Source: Spirochaetia bacterium (GTDB lineage Bacteria; Spirochaetota; Spirochaetia; UBA9216). Taken from it: 64,000 nt of DNA. The DNA is taken from contig OZ223269.1 in assembly GCA_965140585.1 (NCBI GenBank), positions 1,024,001 to 1,088,000 on the forward strand, given 5' to 3'. Below the pieces are notes generated by a model, which ran no database searches, had not been told where the DNA came from, and saw nothing but the letters and a program-made list of their open reading frames with translations. This document shows, one piece after another, positions 36,374 through 47,109 of the stretch; the first letter of the stretch is position 1; each line of letters begins with the position of its first letter. The position numbers and the translations under genes were made by a program.

Positions 36374-37372
36374 TTATTTGATTTCGTCTTCGAACTGTCC
36401 GCCGCCGACTCTAGGTCTGACAACCTTACCCTGTTTCTCGGCTTCTCTAACCAGTTCTGCTTCTTCCTTAGCCCAGTCCCAGAAGTAGTTATCATGGGGA
36501 GAGTGCTCAGTTGCAGTTACGAACATCTCTGTTGAGAATGCATTTCTTGCTTCAGTTGCAATAATCTGTTTCCAGGGTGCTCTAATCTGCTGAGTAGTGA
36601 TTCTTCTTGTTACACGGGAACCGGTTCTCATGATAAGTTCGGCAATTTCCCATGCTCTTTTGTAGCATGCTTCTGTATCAGCACAGATTTCATTAACCAT
36701 ACCGAGGGCAAGTGCCTTTCGTGCTGTAATAATCTCGCCGGTGAGCTCTGCGTATGCAAATCTCTTGTATCCCATGAGTTCTCTCCATGCAAACTGGATA
36801 CCGTCACCTGGAACCATATTTACACGAAAGTGCATTTCTGTAGTCCATGCATCTTCAGTACAGAGTGTAATGTCATTGTACAGAACAAGGTCTGTATGGA
36901 AGGCAGCACCGTTCCAAACACCGATAGTGGGAACTTCTACATCAAAAATCTGACCTTCAATGTCATTAATTCCATCATAGTACTGGTATTCATACATCTT
37001 CCATGCTTCTGATTCCTTGGAGCTGAATTCGGTAGCTTCAGGATCCTTGCTTGAATCATTCGGATCAGGACGTCCCATTGATTTGATAAAATCCTTACCT
37101 GTACCGCCGAGAATAATTACTTCATTTTCAGGGTCACGTCCGGCCCAGTCAAAAAAGTAGTGAAGAGCCTGATGTGCAGGTGCTCCCCATCTCATTGAAT
37201 CTCCGTCAGTATGAAGTCTAGCTTCAAGAATTCCGTTTTCTCTTTTCATTATGAAGCAGTGTTTCAGTTTTTCCGAATACTCTTCAAAGGTCATGTGCGG
37301 GATAGTTCCCAGTTCCTCATGCGGAGTAAATTTTCTTTTACCTGCATCGGATTCATAATTTGCTTTAATCAT
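36374..37372 (-). CDS. Crotonase/enoyl-CoA hydratase superfamily protein (6-oxocamphor hydrolase-like)
   Basis: RENGILEARLHT.G, DPENEVIILGGTG, IFDVEVPTI..WNG and VPGDG motifs, plus the A..ALALGMVNEI crotonase pattern. Confidence 0.8.
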   Translation of the reverse strand: MIKANYESDAGKRKFTPHEELGTIPHMTFEEYSEKLKHCFIMKRENGILEARLHTDGDSMRWGAPAHQALHYFFDWAGRDPENEVIILGGTGKDFIKSMGRPDPNDSSKDPEATEFSSKESEAWKMYEYQYYDGINDIEGQIFDVEVPTIGVWNGAAFHTDLVLYNDITLCTEDAWTTEMHFRVNMVPGDGIQFAWRELMGYKRFAYAELTGEIITARKALALGMVNEICADTEACYKRAWEIAELIMRTGSRVTRRITTQQIRAPWKQIIATEARNAFSTEMFVTATEHSPHDNYFWDWAKEEAELVREAEKQGKVVRPRVGGGQFEDEIK

Positions 37373-37531
37373 ATTAGATCTCCAAACATAACTTTAGGTT
37401 ATTAAGTTATTACATTATAGAATGTCTAGTTTTATAAGGCAAGGGTAAATAATCAGAAATCAAAAAGAAATTTTATCCACAGTCTGTTGATTTTTGATAC
37501 TATAAGTTATATTTATAAACGGAGGCGGTTA

Positions 37532-38755
37532 ATGAAACTTTACAGCCGTGGACAGGTTCTCCTGATAACTTCGTCTGCATGTTTACTAGTATTTTTTCTT
37601 CTGTTCGGCTTCGGTTTTTTTAACCGCAGCGACAAACCTGTTACAGTAGAAAAAGTACCTGAAACAGAAACCGTTTTTGAACTTCAGACTAATGTAATTG
37701 CCGACAATAACATCCTGCCTGTATCAGAATATGAAAAATACTGTGATGATGAATTAATCAACATAAAAGTTTACGAAAGACTTAATGAGGGTGTTGTCAA
37801 TATTTCAACAGAAACACTGGGAATAAACCTTTTTCTCGAACCGGTTCCCATGGAAGGCGGTACCGGCTCCGGCTCTATTATAGATAAACGCGGATATGTA
37901 CTGACAAATTTTCATGTCGTTGAAAATGCCTACAAGGTTTATATTACCCTGTATGACGGAAGCCATTTTGAAGGTGAGGTAATAGGAAGAGACCGTGAGA
38001 ATGATCTTGCAATAGTTAAATTTGATCCTGACAACAAGGAACTGGCTACCATACCCTTCGGCCGATCTAATGATTTGAGAGTAGGTCAGAAGGTCCTGGC
38101 TATCGGCAACCCCTACGGGTATGACCGTACACTTACTACAGGTATCGTTTCCGGCCTGGGAAGACCTGTCAAAACCAATAACGGACTTGTTATTCAGGGA
38201 ATGATTCAGACCGACGCCTCTATCAATCCAGGGAACTCGGGAGGACCATTAATTGACTCTACAGGAAGAATGATCGGCATCAACACCATGATCTACAGTC
38301 CAACCGGAGGTTCAGTTGGAATTGGTTTTGCAGTACCTGTTGATTCAGCAATAAGAGTTGTTCCTGAACTTATTAATTATGGGGAAGTTAAACGTGGCTG
38401 GATAAGCATTATTCCAATTCAGCTTGACAGAAATATTGTCCGGTATGCAGAACTGACAGTTGATAAGGGTCTGCTTGTATCAGAAGTGGAGAAAAACGGT
38501 AACGCAGACAGGGCAGGTATTAACGGAGGCGACACTTCACGACCTGTCCGCTACGGCCGTGATACTATCTATCTTGGCGGTGATATTATCGTTGAGATTG
38601 ACGGTTTTAAAACTGAATCAATTGCGGACATGTTTACTGCACTTGAAGATAATAAGCCCGGTGAATTGATCGATATTGTAGTTGTAAGAAAGAAACAGAA
38701 GAAAACTCTTCAGGTGGAACTTTCTGACCGTTCTGAAGGCCTTTCCTGGGATTAA
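37532..38755 (+). CDS. htrA: HtrA/DegQ-family serine protease with one PDZ domain
   Basis: TNFHVV, DLA, IQTDASINPGNSGG and a C-terminal PDZ. Start set at ATG 37532 after GGAGG; the track starts at 37487. Confidence 0.92.
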   Translation: MKLYSRGQVLLITSSACLLVFFLLFGFGFFNRSDKPVTVEKVPETETVFELQTNVIADNNILPVSEYEKYCDDELINIKVYERLNEGVVNISTETLGINLFLEPVPMEGGTGSGSIIDKRGYVLTNFHVVENAYKVYITLYDGSHFEGEVIGRDRENDLAIVKFDPDNKELATIPFGRSNDLRVGQKVLAIGNPYGYDRTLTTGIVSGLGRPVKTNNGLVIQGMIQTDASINPGNSGGPLIDSTGRMIGINTMIYSPTGGSVGIGFAVPVDSAIRVVPELINYGEVKRGWISIIPIQLDRNIVRYAELTVDKGLLVSEVEKNGNADRAGINGGDTSRPVRYGRDTIYLGGDIIVEIDGFKTESIADMFTALEDNKPGELIDIVVVRKKQKKTLQVELSDRSEGLSWD

Positions 38756-38758
38756 AAT

Positions 38759-40747
38759 ATGAATGAATTTAAGGTAAAAGCTGATTTCAGTCCTGCCGGC
38801 GACCAGGGGCAGGCAATAAAAAGCCTGGCTGACGGGATCCGCAGCGGGAAGAAACTTCAGACACTCAAAGGTGTTACAGGTTCAGGCAAAACCTTTACCA
38901 TGGCCAGTATTATTCAGGAAGTACAGCTTCCGACCCTTATTCTAAGTCATAATAAAACACTTGCGGCTCAGCTGTACCGTGAGTTTCTTGATTTCTTCCC
39001 TGATAATGCAGTCGAATACTTTGTATCCTACTACGATTATTACCAGCCTGAAGCTTATGTACCTTCAAAAGATCTGTATATTGAAAAAGATTCAGACATC
39101 AACCAGGAAATAGACCGAATGCGGCTATCTGCCACATCATCACTTATTGAGCGGAAAGATGTAATAGTAATAGCAACGGTTTCCTGTATTTACGGCCTTG
39201 GAAACCCCGAAGCTTTCAAAGGGATGAGAGTCTCTGTTCACAAGGGAGATGAAACCGGATTTGACAGAATAAGCAGGGAACTGATTTCACTTCAGTATGA
39301 CCGCAACAACGATGTTCTAAAACGGGGCTGTTTCCGCATACGCGGCGATGTTATGGAGATTTATCCAGCATACATGAAGGCCGTTTACCGCATTGAGCTG
39401 GAGTGGGATAAGGTTTCAAGAATAACAATGACACATACCGTTACCGGAGAAGTTCTTGAAGAACTCGACCGCTGTACTATTTACCCGGCAAAACACTTTG
39501 TTATGCCTGAAGATCAGATGAAGCCTGCAATAGATAATATCAGGGCGGAACTTGAAGAGCGTTACAACGAACTTATGAGGGAAAATAAACTGGTTGAAGC
39601 TCAGAGGATAAAAAGCCGGACTGAATATGATATTGAGATGCTAGAAGAGCTCGGATACTGCTCCGGTATAGAAAATTATTCGAGGCCTCTGTCAGGCCGC
39701 AGGGAAGGTGAGCGGCCGGCTGTTTTAATTGATTATTTTCCAGATAATTTTCTAACCTTTATTGATGAATCCCATGTTACGCTGCCGCAGATTGGCGGTA
39801 TGTATGAGGGCGACAGATCCAGAAAAATGAATCTTGTTAATTTCGGTTTCAGGCTGCCGTCAGCTCTGGATAACAGACCGCTGTATATAGCAGAATTTGA
39901 AGCACTCACTGACAGAGTCATCTATGTTTCAGCAACACCAGGTAAGAAGGAAATTGACAGATCCGAGAATATTGCAGAGCAGGTGATCAGACCCACAGGA
40001 CTTCTCGATCCTGAGATTGAGGTAAGACCTACACATGGCCAGATCGAGGATCTTTACTCTGAAATAAAGATTAGAATTGAACGCAATGAAAGAGTCCTCG
40101 TTACGACTCTTACCAAGAAGATGTCCGAGGATCTCACAGACTACCTGTCAAACCTGGGGATCAAGGTTAGATATCTTCATTCAGAGATTGAAACCATTGA
40201 ACGTGTTGAAATTCTCAAAGAACTTCGTATTGGCACTATCGATGTAATTATTGGAATCAACCTGCTTAGAGAAGGCCTTGATCTTCCTGAAGTATCATTG
40301 ATAGCAATTCTTGATGCCGATAAAATAGGTTTTCTTAGGTCTGCAACTTCCCTAATTCAGACAATCGGAAGAGCCGCAAGAAACGCCGCCGGTCAGGTTA
40401 TTATGTATGCTGACCGGGAATCAGACGCTATGCGTGAGGCTATCGGAGAAACCGAGCGGAGACGTGCCATTCAGCAGGCATACAACGAAGAACATGGAAT
40501 TACACCGACAACTATCAAGAAAGCGGTTCAGGATATACTTACCAGAAAACGGGAAGAAAAGCAGAAGGATGAAAAAATCAGCATTGATATCATGCGTGAT
40601 AATTTCAATGTAATGATAGTCAAGGAAAGAAAGGCTTTCATCAAAGCCCTTGAAAAAGAGATGTTTGAACTTGCCAAAAATCTGGAGTTTGAAAAAGCGG
40701 CCTTTGTAAGGGATGAGATTGAAAAGCTGAAACAGCTTGGCGATTAG
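38759..40747 (+). CDS. uvrB: Excinuclease ABC subunit B
   Basis: [35 protein letters not shown] and GRAAR motifs, plus the C-terminal UVR domain. Confidence 0.98.
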   Translation: MNEFKVKADFSPAGDQGQAIKSLADGIRSGKKLQTLKGVTGSGKTFTMASIIQEVQLPTLILSHNKTLAAQLYREFLDFFPDNAVEYFVSYYDYYQPEAYVPSKDLYIEKDSDINQEIDRMRLSATSSLIERKDVIVIATVSCIYGLGNPEAFKGMRVSVHKGDETGFDRISRELISLQYDRNNDVLKRGCFRIRGDVMEIYPAYMKAVYRIELEWDKVSRITMTHTVTGEVLEELDRCTIYPAKHFVMPEDQMKPAIDNIRAELEERYNELMRENKLVEAQRIKSRTEYDIEMLEELGYCSGIENYSRPLSGRREGERPAVLIDYFPDNFLTFIDESHVTLPQIGGMYEGDRSRKMNLVNFGFRLPSALDNRPLYIAEFEALTDRVIYVSATPGKKEIDRSENIAEQVIRPTGLLDPEIEVRPTHGQIEDLYSEIKIRIERNERVLVTTLTKKMSEDLTDYLSNLGIKVRYLHSEIETIERVEILKELRIGTIDVIIGINLLREGLDLPEVSLIAILDADKIGFLRSATSLIQTIGRAARNAAGQVIMYADRESDAMREAIGETERRRAIQQAYNEEHGITPTTIKKAVQDILTRKREEKQKDEKISIDIMRDNFNVMIVKERKAFIKALEKEMFELAKNLEFEKAAFVRDEIEKLKQLGD

Positions 40748-40756
40748 TAAATTAAA

Positions 40757-41329
40757 TTAATAAAAAACTGCAATACTTACTTTTGAAATCACTGTCCCAA
40801 GCGCAGCACCTGCCAGAACATCACCTGGATAGTGAACACCGTTGTAAATTCTGGAAAAACCTATAAGACCAACGTAAATAATTCCAGCCGGACTAAGCCA
40901 GGGGAATATATACAGTACAAAGGTTGAGAATACGGCAGCGGCAGCAGTGTGACCGGAGGGAAAGCTGAACTCATCAGGCGGCATTATAAGGGAATCTACA
41001 TCATCAAATTTAACAAATGGCCTGATTCTCTTGACATTTTTCTTAACCAGAAAATAAATGCTTCCCTCTACGACAAATGCGGCAACAAAGGCAGGAAGAA
41101 GCCGGAGTGCTTCAGAAGTTTTAAAGATAATATATAGGATTATTAATCCGGCGTATACCCAGCCATCTCCGATTCGTGAAACAATATAAAAGAAGTGATC
41201 CAAGAATTTATGACCGGATAACCCGTAGATTCTGTTAAAAAGAAATGAATCAGTCCGGGTAACCCCTCTAAACAATTTCATCATTCTATTCAGTTTTCTC
41301 CTGCTTAAATATGAACTAATCAGCTTCAA
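40757..41329 (-). CDS. PAP2-family phosphatase
   Basis: K....R.RP, SFPSGH and SRIYNGVHYPGDV motifs. Confidence 0.92.
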   Translation of the reverse strand: MKLISSYLSRRKLNRMMKLFRGVTRTDSFLFNRIYGLSGHKFLDHFFYIVSRIGDGWVYAGLIILYIIFKTSEALRLLPAFVAAFVVEGSIYFLVKKNVKRIRPFVKFDDVDSLIMPPDEFSFPSGHTAAAAVFSTFVLYIFPWLSPAGIIYVGLIGFSRIYNGVHYPGDVLAGAALGTVISKVSIAVFY

Positions 41330-42230
41330 AAAGCAAGGGATCTACAGGAAAAGCTGAGACATGGGGGTAGTATTCAATATCATAAACGTCATCAATGTAA
41401 TATGAATAGTTATTATAGTATTCAAGCGCCCATGCAGTAAAAGCAAACGCTTCAGTCATGGTGATATAACCGTCAAAATTATAATCAGCGTATTGAGCAG
41501 TCTGAAGCAGAAAGTATGTAAATATTCCATGACCATATTCAGATTTTTCCAAAGATTCTTCATTAGCTCCTGCAGCTGACAGGACGGTATATGAAGCATT
41601 TGATTCAGCTCCAGTAAGATATATTGAAAAACTTTCATTTATAAAAGATATTGTATTCTCATCTTCATGATCAAAATCTGCAGGAATATAGTCAACAGTA
41701 ATATTATTATCAACAAATCCGCCGGAATTACAGCTGTCAAGAATTACAGTTATTAATCCTGCCCCTGAGGATTCGAGCATAGTTTTAAGCTTTTCAGAAT
41801 TTATAGCAGTTTCAGTATAATCAAGACTCGCTACATCATAAGGAAAAATCCAATAGGAATCATTAACTTCTCCACCATGACCGGAATAATAGAAGAGAAG
41901 CCTATCATTTTCATCCATTATAGCTGCGTAAGCATCAATATCAGCCTGAATCTGAGTTATAGTCACTTCAGTTGAAAATCTTAGAGTCACATTCCAGCCT
42001 TTTGATTCAAGTAGGTCAGCTACTGACTGGGCGTCATCATCAGTTAGATTTAAATCAGGAAGATAAAAATTCTGGCCCAAATAATTATTCTCGTCGTATA
42101 AATAATCTGCAACGCCATATACCAGTGCATATGTTTCTGCCGGGTTAGGTTCTGAGCAGGAGAGTGTAAAACTGACAATGGCCGGAATTATCAGGATAAA
42201 AAATCGTACTTCAGATATTTTTCTTTTCAT
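41316..42230 (-). CDS. Caspase-family (peptidase C14) lipoprotein
   Basis: Lipobox FTLS|C, His motif YYSGHG, Cys motif ILDSCNSG, and HGIFTYFLL. Confidence 0.85.
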   Translation of the reverse strand: MKRKISEVRFFILIIPAIVSFTLSCSEPNPAETYALVYGVADYLYDENNYLGQNFYLPDLNLTDDDAQSVADLLESKGWNVTLRFSTEVTITQIQADIDAYAAIMDENDRLLFYYSGHGGEVNDSYWIFPYDVASLDYTETAINSEKLKTMLESSGAGLITVILDSCNSGGFVDNNITVDYIPADFDHEDENTISFINESFSIYLTGAESNASYTVLSAAGANEESLEKSEYGHGIFTYFLLQTAQYADYNFDGYITMTEAFAFTAWALEYYNNYSYYIDDVYDIEYYPHVSAFPVDPLLFEAD

Positions 42231-42763
42231 AGACTGATCCTAAGTCCGGCGTTCAATGATAAAAATAAGATTCCATCGGTCCTGATATAATATTTAAGCG
42301 GAAGAATGGCATCCAGTTGGATGGATTCTGACCGATAAACAGTCCACCCCGGTGTCAGTTTAACTGACGGAATGAAAAAGTAATTAGGTGTCAGATTGTA
42401 TTTATAAAATCCGGCCAAAAGATCCAGTGCTAAAGAGAATGATGCAGGATTTTCAAAATTGTACAGAAACTCAAGGCCTCCTTCCAACCCGCTGAATCCT
42501 GGATAACTCCATCCTCCGCCCATTCCAGAACTTCCTGTGTATAAACCTGAAACAGAAATTCCTGCGCCAAACTGCGGGCTGAATATTAACAGACCTGCTG
42601 CGGAAATTTCTCCCTCAGGCTGAGGTTTCGGATAAAAATCAGAGACAGAAGTTATATGGAAACCGCCTGCTGTTGAAAGCGTTCCGGTGAAAAAATCGTC
42701 AATAGAAAAGACTTTGAAACCGATGCATAAAAGAAGAAAGAATGTTATTATAAGTTTCTTCAT
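42227..42763 (-). CDS. Small putative outer-membrane beta-barrel protein
   Basis: Signal peptide, amphipathic beta strands, C-terminal LNAGLRISL. Confidence 0.6.
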   Translation of the reverse strand: MKKLIITFFLLLCIGFKVFSIDDFFTGTLSTAGGFHITSVSDFYPKPQPEGEISAAGLLIFSPQFGAGISVSGLYTGSSGMGGGWSYPGFSGLEGGLEFLYNFENPASFSLALDLLAGFYKYNLTPNYFFIPSVKLTPGWTVYRSESIQLDAILPLKYYIRTDGILFLSLNAGLRISL

Positions 42764-42804
42764 TACTTTAATTTACTTCTAATAGGCGGATTTTCAAAGG
42801 CTTT

Positions 42805-43206
42805 ATGAAAAAACTTCGATTTTTTTACATTATGATGATCACTGTTTTTATTGTACCTTTTTCATTGAGCGGATGCAAAGAAAAAGAGGAAGTAATTGGA
42901 GATATTTACCTTCCGCCGGCACCGCTTATTTCGGAATCTACCAGCTGGGCAGTTATTGATTCTTCATATCTCAGGCTGCGTGAACGACCTGAAGAAAATG
43001 CCAGAGTCGTCACAACACTTTGGCGGGGATATGTTCTTGAAATCATTTCAAGAGGTACGACAAGGGTCTTTATTGAAGATCAGGAAGATTACTGGTACCA
43101 GATAACCTATGACGGTCTTCAGGGGTGGGTATTCGGTTCCTACCTGTCTCTGTATGATACCAAGGATGATGCTGAAAAAGCCGCCCGCAGCGTACGCGAA
43201 CAGTAG
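42805..43206 (+). CDS. SH3b-domain lipoprotein
   Basis: Lipobox LSG|C and LRLRERP...DYWY....DG..GWVFG.YL. Confidence 0.85.
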   Translation: MKKLRFFYIMMITVFIVPFSLSGCKEKEEVIGDIYLPPAPLISESTSWAVIDSSYLRLRERPEENARVVTTLWRGYVLEIISRGTTRVFIEDQEDYWYQITYDGLQGWVFGSYLSLYDTKDDAEKAARSVREQ

Positions 43207-43219
43207 ATGTTGTGCGTAT

Positions 43220-44167
43220 CTAATTAAATTTTTCAATACCCAGATAAATATCCTCATTCAGACTATGCCTGCCGCGGCTGTAAAATACTACAGCTTCTTC
43301 TGATTCAGTATAACCTATACACTTATACCTGCCGCCTGTGTATTCAATATTTCCGATTCTAATCTTTAGAGCCGTTTCAGATTCAACGTTTTCTAAAATG
43401 ACACAATTTTCCGGACGGAAAGTAATTATACGGGTGTCACCGTGGATATCCAGATTGACAGTATTCATCTCTCCAAGAAATCCTGCAGTAAAACTGTCTT
43501 CGGGATTCTCATACACTTCCTCAGGCGTTCCTGTCTGAAGTATTCTCCCCTTGTTCATAACGGCAATTAAATCAGACACAGCAAGAGCCTCCTCCTGATC
43601 GTGAGTAACATAAACTGCTGTAAAACCGATTTCATTCTGAATACGTTTAATCTCTGTCCGTAATTCTTTCCGGAGTTTTACATCCAGAGCACTAAGTGGT
43701 TCATCAAACAGCATCACCGGAGGGTTTGGCGCAAGAGCTCTTGCGAGCGCAATCCTCTGTTTTTCACCGCCGGATAATTCATGAATGCTGCGTTTTCTAT
43801 ATCCTGATAGTTTTACCACCTCAAGAAGTTCATCTATCCTGTAACTGATTTCTGCAGAGCTCTTTTTTTGAATCTTCAATCCATAGGCAATATTTTTTTC
43901 CACATTCATATGAGGGAAAAGAGCGTAATCCTGAAAAACCATTCCGAAATTTCTTTTCTCGGGATTCAAACGGGTAATATCAAAGGAACCGGCGCTTATA
44001 CTCCCTTTAACCGGTTTGATGAAACCGCCGATGATCCTGAGCAGAGTTGATTTCCCGCATCCGGATGGACCCAATATAGAAAGAAAATCACCGCCTGGTA
44101 TAGTGATGTCTGCTGACAGTGAAAATCCAGGATATTCAAAATATATGTTATCAATCTCTAATTTCAA
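43220..44167 (-). CDS. thiQ: ABC transporter ATP-binding protein (thiamine)
   Basis: GPSGCGKS, LSGGEKQR and DEP motifs. Operon context with thiB and the TPP riboswitch. Confidence 0.82.
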   Translation of the reverse strand: MKLEIDNIYFEYPGFSLSADITIPGGDFLSILGPSGCGKSTLLRIIGGFIKPVKGSISAGSFDITRLNPEKRNFGMVFQDYALFPHMNVEKNIAYGLKIQKKSSAEISYRIDELLEVVKLSGYRKRSIHELSGGEKQRIALARALAPNPPVMLFDEPLSALDVKLRKELRTEIKRIQNEIGFTAVYVTHDQEEALAVSDLIAVMNKGRILQTGTPEEVYENPEDSFTAGFLGEMNTVNLDIHGDTRIITFRPENCVILENVESETALKIRIGNIEYTGGRYKCIGYTESEEAVVFYSRGRHSLNEDIYLGIEKFN

Positions 44168-45834
44168 AAGAGCTCCTCATTACCGGTTTTTTCTATAATA
44201 TACAGTGAAATAACACAGATAAGCATTAAAATAGTACCCATCGCACATGCTCCGAAAAAATTATAGCTTGAGATCAATCGGTATATGGCAATGGGAATTG
44301 TAAGAATCCCGCCGTCAGAAAGAATAATTGCAGAGTTAATCTCACCTGCGGAAATACAGAATCCGAAGGCAGCAGCACTTATAACATTGGATATCACCAA
44401 AGGAAGTTCAATATCAAAAAAAACTCTTGCAGTATCCGCCCCCAAAGAACGAGCGGCATCAATCATAGACGGATTAATCTTTCGGAAAGAAGCAGTGAGG
44501 CTTCTTACTATAAAGGGCAGACCTATTACCGAATGAGCAAAAATAATCAGAATCCCCGATTTTATAAAATTCTCAGGCAAAATGGAAATTAATCTGAAAT
44601 AACCGAGCCCCAGTACAACTGTAGATATTCCGATAGGAAGCATAAAAATAATTTCAATTATTCTTCCGGTATTACCCCGGCTTTTGGCACCGACCCAGGC
44701 TGCTGATAATCCGGCTGGAAGTGAAATAAGCAGAGACCCGGCACCGAATAATAATGTATTCTTAATTGCCTTAAGCGTAATACCAGGCGTCATAATCTGT
44801 TCATACCATCTGAGGGTGTAGGAGATTTTCCCGCCCCAGCCAGTCTGAGTTTGAAAAGAACGGACAATAACAGCGGTTAAAGGACCTGCAATTATCAGAA
44901 TAATAAAAAGTATATAAACCATTGCAAAAAGTCGAGCGGGTGATGACAGACTGGAAAACCGGATTTTTTTAATACCGGCTCCTGAATCCATTGAGTTACC
45001 CGAAGAGTTTTTCTGTAGAAAAATATAAGCTGCTGTAAATACAGTTGTTAAAACTGCTCCTGCTCCTGCCAGAGCAGCTGCAGCATTTATATCAAGATTA
45101 ATTCGTGCAAGCCTGTATATTTCAACTTCAATGGTTGAAAGTGCCGGACCTCCTCCGAGAACCAGAATAACAGCAAAGCTCATAAAACAGAAAATAAATA
45201 TTAGCGAAAAAGATACAAGTACTGCCGGAATGAGCGAAGGCAGTGTTACAGTTCTGAATATTCTGATTTTGCCTGCAGAAAGGCTTTTTGCCGCCTCATA
45301 CCGGTTTTCAGGAATCTGCGACCAGGCTGAAGATATAAGCCTCAATGAAACCGGAAAATTATAAAAGACATGAGCCAGAATTATAGCCTTGAATGAATAG
45401 AGGATTTTTAACGGCGGTTGGGAAGTCCCGGTTAATGCCATAACAAAGCGGTTTAAATAGCCGCTGTTTCCAAAGGTAAGAACAAATCCCAGCACCACCA
45501 GAATTGAAGGCAGCACAAAGGGAATTGTTGTAAGACTTCTAATTAACTTCTTGCCTTTGAAATCAATTCCAGCCATTATCCAGGCGCCTGGAAGCCCCGC
45601 CAGAATAGAAAAAAAAGCGCTCAGCAGAGCCTGAAATACCGTAAATGTAATTATGTGCAGATAGTAACTGTCCGTAAAAACAGACAGCAATGCAGCAGGA
45701 GATGTACCCTTAAATACCGAAATTACCGGTATCAGAAAAAAAAGCAGTAAAACTGCTGAAGGAAAAATGAGATACAGATAATTAGTGTTGAAACTGCCGG
45801 ACTTAAATTGTCCGGCAGTAACTGAATTATTCAT
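44164..45834 (-). CDS. thiP: Thiamine ABC transporter permease (two EAA repeats)
   Basis: AHVFYNFP, EAAKSLSA and DAARSLGA loops, about 12 TM. Confidence 0.85.
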   Translation of the reverse strand: MNNSVTAGQFKSGSFNTNYLYLIFPSAVLLLFFLIPVISVFKGTSPAALLSVFTDSYYLHIITFTVFQALLSAFFSILAGLPGAWIMAGIDFKGKKLIRSLTTIPFVLPSILVVLGFVLTFGNSGYLNRFVMALTGTSQPPLKILYSFKAIILAHVFYNFPVSLRLISSAWSQIPENRYEAAKSLSAGKIRIFRTVTLPSLIPAVLVSFSLIFIFCFMSFAVILVLGGGPALSTIEVEIYRLARINLDINAAAALAGAGAVLTTVFTAAYIFLQKNSSGNSMDSGAGIKKIRFSSLSSPARLFAMVYILFIILIIAGPLTAVIVRSFQTQTGWGGKISYTLRWYEQIMTPGITLKAIKNTLLFGAGSLLISLPAGLSAAWVGAKSRGNTGRIIEIIFMLPIGISTVVLGLGYFRLISILPENFIKSGILIIFAHSVIGLPFIVRSLTASFRKINPSMIDAARSLGADTARVFFDIELPLVISNVISAAAFGFCISAGEINSAIILSDGGILTIPIAIYRLISSYNFFGACAMGTILMLICVISLYIIEKTGNEELF

Positions 45835-45841
45835 TTAAAAC

Positions 45842-46909
45842 CTAATATTTTGATGTTACCTCAAGCCACTGCTCAAGCCAGGTATCGAGGTTGCTTTCTA
45901 TTACACTTGTTGAAAGAAGCAGAGTCTTACTTGCATCCGGTGCATACTGGTAGGAATCAGGAAGTTTAGTGTCAGGATTCACAGGGAGCATGAAATTTGT
46001 AAGCGGAATTGCATTCTGAAAATCATCGGTAAGCATATACTCGATAAATTTTTCAGCAGCCTTTCTATGCTGAGCATTTTTGACGATGGCCATTGCTTCA
46101 ATCTGCATGTAATTACCTTCCTCAAAGATCAACGCACGGTACTTATCAGTTTCATCATATTCTACATGAACCGGAGGGCTTGTATTATAGCTTAATACCA
46201 TAGGAGCCTCACCAGTTGTATACATACCGTAGCCAGTATCCCAGCCGTCAGTTATAGTCAGGACGGACGGCCCGAGCCTCTTCCAGTATTCAGTAAAATC
46301 ATCGCCATAAACAGCAACTGTCCAGAGCATAAAACCCAATCCGGGGCTTGAAGTCCTTGGGTCCATCAGAATAAGAGAATCCGCATACTCTTCCTTTGTA
46401 AGATCTTCAAGTGAGGCTGGCAGATTGAACAGTCTGGTGGAGTCATAGTTAATAGAAAAATACCCGTAATCAAAGGGAACTGCATGCCATGACTCGTCAA
46501 AGACAAGATGTTCGGGAATTTTTGATGCATTTTCAGGCTTATAAGCTTCAAATACGTCTGATTCCAGTGCCTTTGCAAGCATGTTATTATCAAGACCGAT
46601 CATTATATCAGCCTTCGGGGATTCTTTTTCAAGAATAATTCTGCTTAATACAGCACCTGCATCTCCCGCAGCCCGCAGGTCAACTTTAATACCATACTTC
46701 TCTTCAAAAGGCGGAATTACCTGGGCCGCCGGACCCCAATCTGATGCAAATGAATCATAGGTGTAGATGACAAGTGTATTGTCATCAGCAGACTTTGCTG
46801 CAGCTGAATTGTCGTCATTTTTTGCACAGGATACAACTGATATACATAGTGCCGCCAACATCAATAAAGCAGAAACTTTTGTTTTCTTAGTGAAAACCGT
46901 TTTCTTCAT
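45842..46909 (-). CDS. thiB: Thiamine ABC transporter substrate-binding lipoprotein
   Basis: Lipobox VVS|C with YTYDSF..DWGP, PFDYGY, DPRTSSPG and YMQIE motifs. Confidence 0.92.
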   Translation of the reverse strand: MKKTVFTKKTKVSALLMLAALCISVVSCAKNDDNSAAAKSADDNTLVIYTYDSFASDWGPAAQVIPPFEEKYGIKVDLRAAGDAGAVLSRIILEKESPKADIMIGLDNNMLAKALESDVFEAYKPENASKIPEHLVFDESWHAVPFDYGYFSINYDSTRLFNLPASLEDLTKEEYADSLILMDPRTSSPGLGFMLWTVAVYGDDFTEYWKRLGPSVLTITDGWDTGYGMYTTGEAPMVLSYNTSPPVHVEYDETDKYRALIFEEGNYMQIEAMAIVKNAQHRKAAEKFIEYMLTDDFQNAIPLTNFMLPVNPDTKLPDSYQYAPDASKTLLLSTSVIESNLDTWLEQWLEVTSKY

Positions 46910-46951
46910 GAAAACCTCCAGAGTAGAATTTATGATGTGTGGGTAGAAAAT

Positions 46952-47042
46952 GTCTCGCTCCCTTCGCCGGCATTATCCGGATCAGGTTCAACGGGTATAA
47001 TCTCAGGACAAACGGTTTAGAACCGCAGCCACCCCACGACAG
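46952..47042 (-). ncRNA. TPP riboswitch (THI element)
   Basis: Minus strand GGGGTG...CTGAGA..ATACCCG.TGAACCTGATCCGGATAATGCCGGCGAAGGGA, directly upstream of thiB. Confidence 0.95.
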
Positions 47043-47046
47043 TTAT

Positions 47047-47075
47047 AATCTAATCTTAATAAACTGATGTGTCAA
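47047..47075 (-). promoter_or_regulatory. Sigma70 promoter of the thiBPQ leader
   Basis: TTGACA-17 nt-TAGATT. The predicted +1 coincides with the riboswitch 5' end. Confidence 0.7.
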
Positions 47076-47109
47076 GAAAGTGTTTTGAAGAAAATGTGAT
47101 ACAGTATCA

